In this document: positions 39,177 to 50,131 of the stretch, in pieces
Layout of the letters: each line of letters opens with the position of its first letter
Position numbering within the stretch: position 1 is the first letter of the stretch
Source: Podarcis pityusensis
Taxonomy: Eukaryota
Length of the DNA stretch: 64,000 nt
Assembly: GCA_964106645.2 (NCBI GenBank)
Contig: OZ067049.1
Direction: 5' to 3' (one strand)
The notes under the pieces: model-generated
What the model was told of the DNA's origin: nothing
What the model saw: the letters and a program-made list of their open reading frames with translations, nothing else
Database searches by the model: none
Made by a program: the position numbers and the translations under genes

Positions 39177-42100
39177 CTTTTTTTTTTAATAAATATTTTA
39201 TTGAAATTTTTAAGTTACAATATAATAATCAAACAAAATTATAACAAAACGTAACATACTTTCTTATCTTCTTGTGACCTCCTCACATCTCCCGCCCCTA
39301 CCTTCCATGTTGAAAAAATTTAATCCAGCAAATTATCACCTTACTTCCATCCTCACTGTCTAATTATCAATTAAATTTATCCAACTGTTTGTCCAAGGTA
39401 AAAATTGTTTTTTCTTACATTTTCTTATCTTCCTACTTCTCTTCATCTATTTTGATGGTGCCAAATTGTTTATGATCAAGCATCCTGCTTAGCATTCATA
39501 CAGTTTACAATGTTTTTGCAAATAAATCTTAAATTTTTTCCAATCTTCTTCTACCGTCTCCTCTCCCAGATCTCGGATTCTGCCGGTCATTTCAGCCAAT
39601 TGCATATAGTCCATCAGTTGCATCTGCCATTCTTCCAGTGTGGGTAGATCTTGAGTTTTCCAGTGCTTCGCGAGAAGTATCCTTGCTGCTGTTGTGGCAT
39701 ACATAAATAATATTCGATCCTTCTTTACCACCCCTTGGCCCACCATACCCAGAAGAAAGGCCTCTGGTTTCTTAGAGAAGGTATACTTAAATACCTTTTT
39801 CAGTTCATTATATATCATTTCCCAGAAAGCCTTCACTTTAGGGCAGGTCCACCAGAGGTGAAAGAATGTTCCTTCCTTTTCTTTACATTTCCAACACTTA
39901 TTATCAGACAAGTGGTATATTTTTGCAAGTTTGACTGGTGTCATATACCATCTATACATCATTTTCATTACATTTTCTTTCAAAGCGTTGCAAGCAGTAA
40001 AATTCAACCCAGTAGTCCACAACCTTTCCCAGTCCTCAAACATGATATTATACCCAATGTCCTGTGCCCACTTTATCATGGCTGATTTTACCGTTTCATC
40101 TTGTGTGTTCCATTTTAACAGCAAGTTATACATTCTTGAAAGTACCTTAGTCTTAGGCTCTAACAATTCCGTTTCCAACTTCGATTTCTCCACCTGGAAC
40201 CCTAACTTTTTGTCAAGTTTAAAAACTTCCTTAATCTGAGCGTAATGTAACCAATCTCGCACTTTATCTCTCATTTTCTCCATACTCTGCAGTTTCCAAT
40301 TATCTCCATCCTTTTCTAGTATTTCCCAATACTTTGGCCAATTGGCCTCCATGTTGGGTCTTTTTCGGGCCTTAGCTTCCAATGGTGAAAGCCACCTTGG
40401 TGTTTTATTTTCCAGTAAGTCTTTATATTTTGTCCAGACATTAAACACTGCTTTTCTGACAATATGATTCTTGAAAACCTTGTTAATCTTAACCTTGTCA
40501 TACCATAAATATGCATGCCAACCAAAAGCATTGTTAAAACCTTCCAAATCCAGCACATCAGTGTCCTCGAGAAGTAGCCAGTCTTTTAACCAGCAGAAAG
40601 CTGCTGATTCATAATAGAGCCTTAGGTCTGGCAGGGCAAAGCCCCCTCTTTCTTTCGCATCTGTTAGTATCTTAAACTTAATTCTGGGCTTTTTGCCCTG
40701 CCAGACAAATTTAGAAATATCTCTCTGCCACTTCCGAAAGCACTCTGTCTTATCCACAATCTGTAATGTTTGGAACAAAAACAACATCCTTGGCAATACA
40801 TTCATCTTGATAGCAGCAATTCGGCCTAACAAGGAAAGTTTCAGTCTTGACCAGCTGTCTAAATCTCTCTTAATTTCTGACCAACATTTCTCATAGTTAT
40901 CCTTAAATAAACTCAGATTTTTTGCTGTTATGTTTACCCCTAGGTATTTAACTTTCTTAACCACATTTAACTCTGTCTCTCTCTGAAACCGTTCTGACTC
41001 TGCATCTGTCAGGTTTTTCCCCACTACCTTAGTTTTCTGCTTGTTTAATTTAAATCCCGCCACCCGACCAAAGTCTTGAATTATTTGTAATGCTCTTTTC
41101 GTACTAGATTCTGGCTCCTGCAGGGTCAAAACTAGGTCATCTGCAAAAGCTTTAAGTTTATATTGTTTCACTCCGACCTGTATTCCTTCCACCAACCGGT
41201 CTCCTCTAATCATATTCAAGAGCACCTCCAGAACTGAGATAAATAACAATGGGGAAATAGGGCAACCTTGTCGTGTTCCTTTTTCAATTTTAAACTCTTC
41301 TGTAACCACATTGTTAACTAACAATTTAGCCTTTTGTTCTGAATAAATTGCGTCAATCCCATTTTCAAAACCCCGTCCCACTCCCATCCCTTCTAAGTTC
41401 CCTTTCATAAATTTCCAAGAGATGTTGTCAAAGGCCTTCTCCGCATCTATAAAAATTAGCACTGCTTTTATGTTGACATCTGTTTGCAAGAGTTCCAAAA
41501 TATCGATAATGTTCCTTGTGTTAGCAAACAAATGTCTACCTGGGAGAAAGCCTGCCTGATCTTTATGGATTACTTCATTTAGAACTTTTTTAAATCTACT
41601 TGCTAAAATGTCTGCAAATATTTTGTAATCCACATTTAAGAGGGAGATGGGACGGTAGTTCTTGAGTTGTGTCTTTTCAGCTTCCGATTTTGGTATCAAT
41701 GTGATAAAGGCTTCTTTCCACGGTTCCGGCGCCTTCTTCCCCTCCATAATTTCATTGCTGACCTCCATCAATGGTTGTATCAGATAGTCCTTCAATATCT
41801 TGTAGTACTTGGAGGTCAGCCCATCTGGCCCTGGAGATTTGCCCAATTTCATGTTCTGAATGGCAAGCTCAATCTCTTGTGGTGTTATTTTACAATTCAG
41901 GATTGATCTATTTTCTTGTGACAATTTTGGTAGTCCATTCTTTTCCAAAAATTGTTTAATCTCAGCCTCATCTTGCGGCCCTTGTGTATATAGTTTTTTT
42001 AAGTATTTCTGGAAGCATTTTCTAATATCCACGGGGTTCTGAATGTTTCTTCCTTCAATCTCTAAATTAGTAACTGTGTTTAGTTTTTGTCTTTTCTTCA

Positions 42101-42304
42101 ACTGCCAAGCTAGCAGTTTCCCACATTTATTTGCAGATTCAAATGTTTTTTGTTTCATTAGTTTAACTTTCCACTCTATTTCCTGGTTTATCAGTTTAGA
42201 ATATTGTGCTTGGTATAGTTTAATTTCTCTCAGAATCGGCTGTGACTTCGGTTTAGATCTTAACTTCTTCTCTAGTTCTTTAATTTTCTCCAAGATCTTG
42301 TCTT
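39177..42304 (-). mobile_element. L1-clade LINE, 5'-truncated, young, antisense in DYNC1I1 intron
   Basis: Poly(A) tail read as poly-T at ~39178-87; 3' UTR; uninterrupted ORF2; 18-bp TSD TTCTGAAATTTTCTTCTT at 39159-39176 and 42305-42322. Confidence 0.95.
39489..42293 (-). CDS. L1 ORF2 fragment: reverse transcriptase and C-terminal Cys-rich domain; endonuclease lost by 5' truncation
   Basis: 934 aa without stops. Motifs KSPGPDG, NYRPISLLNVDYK, QAGFLPGR, DAEKAFD, GTRQGCPISP, FADD, KYLG, GGFALPDL and CWKC...HLWWTC. Confidence 0.93.
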   Translation of the reverse strand: MEKIKELEKKLRSKPKSQPILREIKLYQAQYSKLINQEIEWKVKLMKQKTFESANKCGKLLAWQLKKRQKLNTVTNLEIEGRNIQNPVDIRKCFQKYLKKLYTQGPQDEAEIKQFLEKNGLPKLSQENRSILNCKITPQEIELAIQNMKLGKSPGPDGLTSKYYKILKDYLIQPLMEVSNEIMEGKKAPEPWKEAFITLIPKSEAEKTQLKNYRPISLLNVDYKIFADILASRFKKVLNEVIHKDQAGFLPGRHLFANTRNIIDILELLQTDVNIKAVLIFIDAEKAFDNISWKFMKGNLEGMGVGRGFENGIDAIYSEQKAKLLVNNVVTEEFKIEKGTRQGCPISPLLFISVLEVLLNMIRGDRLVEGIQVGVKQYKLKAFADDLVLTLQEPESSTKRALQIIQDFGRVAGFKLNKQKTKVVGKNLTDAESERFQRETELNVVKKVKYLGVNITAKNLSLFKDNYEKCWSEIKRDLDSWSRLKLSLLGRIAAIKMNVLPRMLFLFQTLQIVDKTECFRKWQRDISKFVWQGKKPRIKFKILTDAKERGGFALPDLRLYYESAAFCWLKDWLLLEDTDVLDLEGFNNAFGWHAYLWYDKVKINKVFKNHIVRKAVFNVWTKYKDLLENKTPRWLSPLEAKARKRPNMEANWPKYWEILEKDGDNWKLQSMEKMRDKVRDWLHYAQIKEVFKLDKKLGFQVEKSKLETELLEPKTKVLSRMYNLLLKWNTQDETVKSAMIKWAQDIGYNIMFEDWERLWTTGLNFTACNALKENVMKMMYRWYMTPVKLAKIYHLSDNKCWKCKEKEGTFFHLWWTCPKVKAFWEMIYNELKKVFKYTFSKKPEAFLLGMVGQGVVKKDRILFMYATTAARILLAKHWKTQDLPTLEEWQMQLMDYMQLAEMTGRIRDLGEETVEEDWKKFKIYLQKHCKLYEC

Positions 42305-43871
42305 TTCTGAAATTTTCTTCTTTATCCCTTTTTTGGATTTATTTATTTTAATGTGCATATGTATGAATACGTAATTGCATGCTAAAAGCTTAGGAGTTTC
42401 TGACCTGGCTTGGATATTGTAACCAACCAATTCTATTTCAAACTAACCATACTGTGTCGTTTTGTCCAATATGAGAACGGCCATTAAATTGTCGTTTATT
42501 CGAAGAAGGCAGAAGCAGTAGCCACAATTTGATCTTGGCTCGTTTGGAGGAATTATAGTTTAAAACTCTTCAGAGCTGAGATTCAGAGAAAATGACAAAC
42601 TGTGGTGAGCAGAAAATGGCAGTGGGTGCTTCCGGTCTCCTCATGGCCATGCCAGCAGAAGAGACTGGAGGAAGGACCCATGCTTCATACATGTAACGTT
42701 GGTTTAGCCACAAGTGAGTAATCACCCAAACATTGATGCTCCTATTTCCCCATAATCCACAATATAATTGCCCACAGTATGGAACATTGAAGAGGAACAA
42801 AGAAAAGGTTCTTATAGATAGCATCCTCCATGAGATCACCTCCCAGGCCATGCAGAATTGCTGACTGGCTTGTGCCCTGGCCAAAATTGGATGGCGCCAT
42901 TTGCATAAAGTTACTCAGCATCTCCACAAGTGGCAGCTTTGCTTCCTTTGATTTCCACGAGGGTCAGGGTTTGACCTTTTTTATTCCATCCTGTCTATTA
43001 AATGGATGTCGACAATTCATTTTATGACACCGCAAACAGAAAAGACACGGGCAAATTGTACAGCCTAAGACTAGTAAGTTTAAAATAACATTAATATTTT
43101 CATTTTCTGATAGGTTTTTTAGCAGCATCTACATTTTTTAGCTGTTTGATTTCAGCATCATCTCTGAAAATAACTGAACACATTTATTTTCACAGCCAGG
43201 GGTCTATTTTCTCTCTGACACTTGTACATTCTGCCCATTAGAATGAATGTGAGTTATATACACATGTTTGAGGGACAACAATATATATATATATATTGTA
43301 TACACACACACACACGTTCACATGTATGATAAGGTGAAAGAGCAGGTTATTGATTATTTGACAAAATAGAAATGAATTATCTCCATTATTTTTAAGTGTA
43401 TCCAGCTGAACAAGAATATATCCAAGAAAAATCCATCTGAAATATTTTCTTTTCTGCATCTGTAGACCACCTATGTTATTTGGAGCATTATATAAAGCAG
43501 CACCCCAAAACTTGCCACCTACTGTTGTCATGATATGTCATAAGTAGTAAAAATGAGTGTTAAGCTATTCACCTCTGAGCACAGAGATATTCACATGCCT
43601 TGATGATTTAATAGCCAGATTCAGCTGGATGAGAGCACTTAATTCAACTCTAAATGCTTCTGTGATGGCCCACAGAGGTTACTCTTGTTCATATTATCCA
43701 GCAATGATGGACATAATTTCCTAGGAACCTCCCTGGAGCCAGCCCCAATGTAATGAATTGAAGCTAGCCAAGCGGTTGGGTGGTTATCTGCACACAGGCA
43801 TTTAACTGAAGCTTCTGTAGAAGTTCTTAGTAGTCTGTGGCAATAGCCTGACGAGACACTGAATATATATA

Positions 43872-44080
43872 CAGTGGTACCTCGGGTTAAGTACTTAACT
43901 CGTTCCGGAGGTCCGTTCTTAACCTGAAACTGTTCTTAACCTGAAGCACCACTTTAGCTAATGGGCCTCCTGCTGCTGCCACGCCGCCGGAGCACGATTT
44001 CTGTTCTCATCCTGAAGCAAAGTTCTTAACCCGAGGTACTATTTCTGGGTTAGCAGAATCTGTAACCTGAAGCGTATGTA
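43872..44080. mobile_element. Tigger-like MITE running into the assembly gap
   Basis: TA+CAGTGGTACCTCGGGTTA; body near-identical to 52999-53240. Confidence 0.88.
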
Positions 44081-44229
44081 NNNNNNNNNNNNNNNNNNNN
44101 NNNNNNNNNNNNNNNNNNNNNNNNNNNNNNNNNNNNNNNNNNNNNNNNNNNNNNNNNNNNNNNNNNNNNNNNNNNNNNNNNNNNNNNNNNNNNNNNNNNN
44201 NNNNNNNNNNNNNNNNNNNNNNNNNNNNN
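44081..44229. other. Assembly gap (149 N)
   Basis: Run of n. Confidence 1.
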
Positions 44230-45774
44230 TGTGTTAGAAAATGTGGGCCATGATCCTAATTGCATGTACCTGGGAGTAGTCAAAATTCAATAGGGCTGAC
44301 TTCAAAGTAGACATGGTTAGGATTGTGTTGTCTTTTAGTAATGTTACTCAGAGACAATTCGCAGTTGAGTGTTACATTGCAGAGAATTAGAGCACTACAA
44401 ATTTATACTACAGTATAACTGGCATGGTCTCTTACGAAGAATCTTGGGAAATAACTAGCACTCCTTCAAATTAAGAGTAGTGCCACTCATATCTAAAATA
44501 TACTTTAGTTTCAGTGTCTCCAGCCACTTGCTTCACTCTCCATAGACATGTTGGTATAAAGGTACCAACAAATGCTCCCTCTGTGTAATGCTCTAGAGAG
44601 GTGTAGTGATGCCATTTGCACTTCTGGGAGTTCACCCAGCATCTCTATTAATGCGAGAAAAATACAACTTTATACATAACTGTTGCCTGCCAGGAATGTA
44701 CTGCATTTCAAGGGTTGCCAATATTTGGGGGCTCATTGTCCCATTTGGAAATTGGAAAACATTTGTGGGTACCACCACAAAATGACTATAGTAAGGCCAT
44801 GGCTTGCCACAAAATGGCTGCCACAACAAAGGACAAGTAACCTGCCTAAAAAAACTGAGTGCAAGGCAGAGTTGGGTTCTGAGCCCCAGAATACAAAGCC
44901 ACTTATTTGCTTACACAATTTTCAAAGAAAGTATTACGTTTGTGACAAAGCCCCTCCTTCTTCTTTGTACATGTTCGTTGTATGTAGACTTTGTTTGATT
45001 TTTTTAAAAATAAGAAATATATAGAGCTCTCCTGTCACCATTGCAGGATCACTCAGTAATTGATTCTCCCCACCTCGGCTTGTGTAATGATCACTTGGGA
45101 AACAGCGTGTTGATCAGTTTTGCTCCCAAATGTTGGCATTTAGGAGAGAAATAGTGACTGATGTATCCAGTGTGCCTTTTTTTTTTTTAAGGGTGGCTTA
45201 AAAAGAGCTCCTTAATGAAAAAAATGCCCAGGTTTGAAAAATCAGTCAGTTTAATTACTGTGTTTTATGAAGGCCATCACCCATTGCTGATTACTAGAGT
45301 GATAAAATCTTTGGCTTTGGTAGCCTCAGTAGGGGGTAAGCCGGTGTAAGTAGAGGCAAAGCCCAGTAATTATCACCCTAAATCCTTGTGTTTCTCATTA
45401 CGATATTCCTTAATTTGTGTTACCATACAGTCTTTGAGGTCTTTAATGTACATATTACATACACCAACAGGAATAAAAGCTGTGTCTTCAGCTACACTCT
45501 TAATCTAAAATGAAATATGTGCACTTAAAGTGGTTTAACTTGCTTCCTGCCCATTCTGGAGATGTGTGTGATAGATTGTGATATGTGTATATATTAAGGC
45601 CTGCTACTGCAGTGGGAGGGCCCGACGGAGCCTGTTGCAGCCGCAGCAGACCCTCCCCTCGGCCTTTTGGGGGGCGGCCGGGGCTCCTCCCAGCAGCCCA
45701 CTGTCAGGGGGGCAGCGGGAGGACCCCATGGAGCCACTTGGCTGTGGAATATTGAGGGCTTTTTTGTGGGTATG

Positions 45775-46195
45775 GTAGTAGTGATGTATGGAAGTGAGAG
45801 CAGGAGCATAAAGAAGGCTAATCACCGAAGAATTGATTCTTTTGAATTATGGTGCTGGAGGAGACTCTTGAGAGTCCCATGGACTGCAAGAAGATGAAAC
45901 CTATCCATTCTGAAGGAAATCAGCCTTGAGTGCTCACTGGAAGGTGCTCCTGAAGCTGAGGCTCCAGTACTTTGGCCACCTCATGAGAAGAGAAGACTCC
46001 CTGGAAAAGACCCTGATGTTGGGAAAGATGGAGGGCACAAGGAGAAGGGGACGACAGAGGACGAGATGGTTGGACAGTGTTCTCGAAGCTACAAACATGA
46101 GTTTGACCAAACTGCAGGAGGCAGTGGAAGAGAGGAGTGCCTGGCGTGCTCTGGTCCTTGGGGTCACGAAGAGTTGGACACGACCAAACAACAAC
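45775..46195 (+). mobile_element. BovB (RTE) LINE 3' fragment
   Basis: Translates to FELWCWRRLLRVPWTARR and LKLRLQYFGHLMRREDSLEKTLMLGKMEGTRRRGRQRTRWLD (BovB ORF C-terminus), with a stop and frameshift; (CAA)n tail. Confidence 0.92.
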
Positions 46196-46782
46196 GAGCA
46201 CCCAGGGCACCGAAAAGACGGCACCCCTGCCTGCTGCCTCAGGTAAGGCGGATGATTTTGCCTCGTCGTGAGCATTGAAATAAGATTCAACAGCCAGTCC
46301 AGTCAACACTTGAACCTGGAATGGAGAGGAGACACCGCCTTGTCCTTTTCCTCAGGAAGCAAAATGTCTTAGGCTGACCCTGAGTCAGGCAAACCAGTAA
46401 AAGGCAACAACAGCTACTCGCTGCTCACCTGCCCTTTCTCTCTCGCCTGCACCAACGGGAAGGGGCAGCCTCTTGTTCCTCTGCCTTCAATTCTCTGGGC
46501 GAGTGAGCAGCATGAACAGCAGTGGCAAAGGGGGGGGGGGGAATGAGCTGCTGCCACGAATAAAGCCTTTATTCAGAGTTATCCAATAAAATATTGTTAG
46601 TATTATTATTAACGAATAATAATAATACTTACCATTTAGTTAATTGTAGATTGGTAGGGATGGTTGTTTGCAAGAATCGTTTTACTGTTTTTAGAATTTG
46701 TATTTATTTGCATTTTGTTTTGTACACCCTTTTGGTGGTTGGTGAAGCAGTTTATAAATTTGCTAAATAAATAAATAAATAA

Positions 46783-46952
46783 AGGTTACAGACTCCGCTA
46801 TCCCAGAAATAGTGGTCGCTTCAGGATGAGAACAGAAATTGTGCTCCGGCGGCGCGGCAGCAGCGGGAGGCCCCATTAGCTAAAGTGGTGCTTCAGGTTA
46901 AGAACAGTTTCAGGTTAAGAATGGACCTCTGGAACGAATTAAGTACTTAACC
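46783..46952. mobile_element. Tigger-like MITE, partial, with TIR split by a Sauria SINE
   Basis: Reverse orientation relative to the 52999 copy; TIR remainder cactgta at 47281-87. Confidence 0.8.
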
Positions 46953-47280
46953 AGAGCCTAGGGCTTGCCGATCAGAAGGTTGGCGGTTCGAATACCCACG
47001 ACGGGGTGAGCTCCCCTTGCTCGGTTCCTACTCCTGCCAACCTAGCAGTTCGAAAGCACGTCAAAGTGCAAGTAGACGAATAGGTACTGCTCCGGCGGGA
47101 AGGTAAACGGCGTTTCCGTGCGCTGCTCTGTTTCGCCAGAAGTGGCTTAGTCATGCTGGCCACATGACCCGGAAGCTGTATGCCGGCTCCCTCGGCCAAT
47201 AAAGCGAGATGAGCGCCACAACCCCAGAGTTGGCCACGACTGGACCTAATGGTCAGGGGTCCCTTTACCTTTACCTTTAC
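46953..47280 (+). mobile_element. Sauria SINE, slightly 5'-truncated, inserted in a MITE TIR
   Basis: Near-identical to the other copies from agagcctagggcttgccgatc to the (acctttt-like) tail. Confidence 0.9.
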
Positions 47281-47737
47281 CACTGTATATGTTGCTTAAT
47301 GCCAAACATAGCCTTCTAAGCCATTTGCAAAGTCACGCAACATTAAAATATCAACAACCATTATTAAAAGAGGCAACAGGAGAATCCCGTTAAAATGACG
47401 CCAATTAATATGGGAGATGAACGTTTTGTGCAAGCCAGTGGAATGCCAGTACAGATGAGGCCTTTCAGCAAGGAGACCCCACTCCATAACATTGGGGCTG
47501 CTACCAGTGTGGGGAGGGGGAGATAACGACTGCCTCTGTGTCACCTTAAGGCAGTAATCATGAGGCCACTGCAACCGGGTTCCATTTGTTATCTTAATTG
47601 GGTAGTGAAGCGAAAATTGGTATTTCTAACCTGATCCATAGTAATTTAGGGATTTTAATGTTAAGTTACAAGAGCTTAAAACTGGCTGGGTATGAAATGG
47701 GTGCTGCTTGTCTCCCAGGCCATGAAATTCTACATCA

Positions 47738-48147
47738 AACAAATGAAATACTGTGAAAATCCCTGAAACGAGAAGTAATTGACTAGAAATATTATCTTAT
47801 AGAATTTAAAAAAATAACCAAAATCAAAAAGTTTAAGGAAAAAATTTGAAAAATCTAGAACCTTACCCCCTTTCTTTGAATTTGGTCATTTAAGGTTTAT
47901 GATTTCTCTATTTCCTTCTGAGGAAACTGAATAGTTCAGTGAAACAAGGTTTGTAGCCGGCATCCCGTTAAGGCTTTGTTCAATTCTAGGTTTTTCTAAT
48001 TTTTTCCTTAAACTTTTTGATTTTGGTTATTTAGTTTAATTCTAGAAGATAATATTTCTAGTCAATTACTTCTCATTTCAGGGATTTTCACGGTATTTCA
48101 TTTGTTTTGTGTAATTTCTCAGTTCCGCGACTGTCTTTTTTCTACTG
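47738..48147 (+). mobile_element. Insertion with long inverted repeats and hammerhead-like core; probable Penelope-like element remnant
   Basis: 16-bp direct repeat ATGAAATTCTACATCA at 47722-37 and 48148-63. Inverted arms ~47737-47860 and ~47984-48107. CTGAGGA-A-ACTGAA-TAG-TTCAGT-GAAA at 47918-47944. The structure is seen directly; the family assignment is inferred. Confidence 0.65.
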
Positions 48148-49791
48148 ATGAAATTCTACATCAGCTGCATGCTCTGCAACAGCTATAAGGGAAACAACAC
48201 ATTGCATCTAAACATGAGGACAGGCATGCCCCAGTCCATTGAGTGATCTGCAGTATCTGTCTATAAGGAAGCGGGACGACATGTTGAACTGGTCCGTAGC
48301 CTAGGTGTGGATGTAGAGGAGCCTTCTAGCACAGCACCCTGGTTCATAAACAGATATTCTCCCGGGGCAATGGGGATCAGGAGGGAGAAGCTGTACTGAA
48401 TTTCCTAATATTGTACAACATCTTAATGTGGAAGAAGGAAAATGCACTTTTAAAAGTAATATAGCATCATTAACATTGTGTAGCATCTTAATAAGGAACC
48501 ATGAAATAGTGTATTTAAAATAACAAATTTAGCCAGGATGAGGAGGGAAGTAAACTTATTTCCCAAGAACATTTTCTTGTTTTTTTCTATATACACACAG
48601 TAAGATCAGCTTGACTAGGAAATTGTTACAGCTATTTCCCTGCGCTACAGGGAATTGAGTGAAAAAAATGTTCAGTGCCAATATGGGTTAAAGCGATATC
48701 ACATTAATGTAATGGTGTTCTTGTTTGTGAAATTCAGCTGAACAGGCATGCTCTCCTCCTTGCTAGTACCAGCATATGTTTTCTGGAGGAATATCTTCTA
48801 AAACAAGAATTCGTTTGTATAATTAATCATCTTTATGATTCTTCTGTGGTTTGAGCCTGTCACTTTCAATAGCAACCTTGGTTGTGAGGGAGGACTTAAT
48901 TATGGTGTTAAAATGCTTTTTCCTTAATGGTTGGTGAAGTTGTGTGTTGTATAAATGTATGGCGCAATGGAATGTATGTCTTGATAAGGAGCCGGTTAGC
49001 CTAAAATTGCAGCACATTACGGAAGAGTTCAGGACATTAATTTGCTCCGTAGAAAAGCGGAAACGACATATTTGAACTATAATTTTATGGTATTTGCAGG
49101 CGCTTTGGCTGTGATCCAGCAGACCGCAAGTACACAGGTTTGGTGGCTTTTAAAAAAGCAAAAGATCCATACATTCCTCATGCCAGCCAGGCAGTTCCTT
49201 GCCTTTCCGTAGCAGACAGCCAGAGCCTGTGACGCTTGCAACCTTTCGGAAAACAGCTCTTGAGAATTATTAATTTTCAGAGGCAGCCACCTGCTTTAAA
49301 AAATAAAAAAGAGGTACCTCGTGTTAGGCATTTATTTGTATGTCTTTTTGGAATTTGTATTCTACCCCGTAGGAAGTGTCTCAGGACAGCTTAAAATAAA
49401 TAATAATAAAATCAGTGTCAATATGAAAGGAAGCATACATTCATAACTAAATTGATACACAGAAGAGGTGTCACAGAAAGCAAGTTTACTAATTTCTCAC
49501 TGGAAGCATCCCAGATAAAAAATTTCAATTAATTTGTACCCCACCTCAAATCCCTCCAAATCAGTATCTCTTTAATTTATTCAATTTCAGTTAATTCTCC
49601 AACTGATCCTGTTCCACATCAATCCAGTTCTCTTCAGTTAACCACACTTATTACAGATCTTAAACATATGCGTTGCCCCAAATTAATATCCTACCAGGAA
49701 CCTGGGTCATCTCCCAGTTCAGTTTCCCCTTCTAGTCATTTCCCACCCAGAAGCACTTAGTGTAGTTCAAGATTTCTGGCTTGGCCCCCTT

Positions 49792-49986
49792 GGGAAAGAG
49801 CCACAGCTCAGTGGTAGAGCATCTGGTTTGCATGCAGAAGGTTGCAGGTTCAATCACCGGCGTCTCCCGGTAATACTGGAAATGTCCTATTTCTGAAACC
49901 CTGGAGAGCTGCTGCCAGTCAGTGTAGATAATACTGAGCTATATGGACCAATGGTCTGATTTAGTATAAGGCAACATCCTATGTTC
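49792..49986 (+). mobile_element. tRNA-derived SINE (tagctcagtggtagagcatctg...tgcatgcagaagg family); other copies ~3274-3701(-), 5750-6060(-), 13383-13550(+), 20590-20748(-), 62051-62180(+)
   Basis: Repeated many times in the window, with A/B boxes and a shared 3' body (agacaatactgagctagatggaccaatggtctgactcagtataaggcag). Confidence 0.75.
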
Positions 49987-50027
49987 AGCCGTAGCAACAT
50001 CTCTTCTGTCAGCTGAGATTTATACTT

Positions 50028-50131
50028 CTGACAAAGTGGATTCCAGTCTGCTGGTGTGTATACTATAATACATTTGTGAATGTTTAAGGAGTCACAAGGC
50101 ATTTTGTTATTTTTGCTGGAGCCCAACTAAC
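50028..50131 (+). mobile_element. Degenerate Penelope-like terminal repeat remnant
   Basis: ctgacaaagtgga...tttaaggagtcacaaggcattttgttatttttgctg...actaac resembles the reptile PLE terminus as I recall it (CTGATGAAGTGG..CCACGAAAGCTT..TAAGGTGCCACAAG..GACTAAC). Confidence 0.55.
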
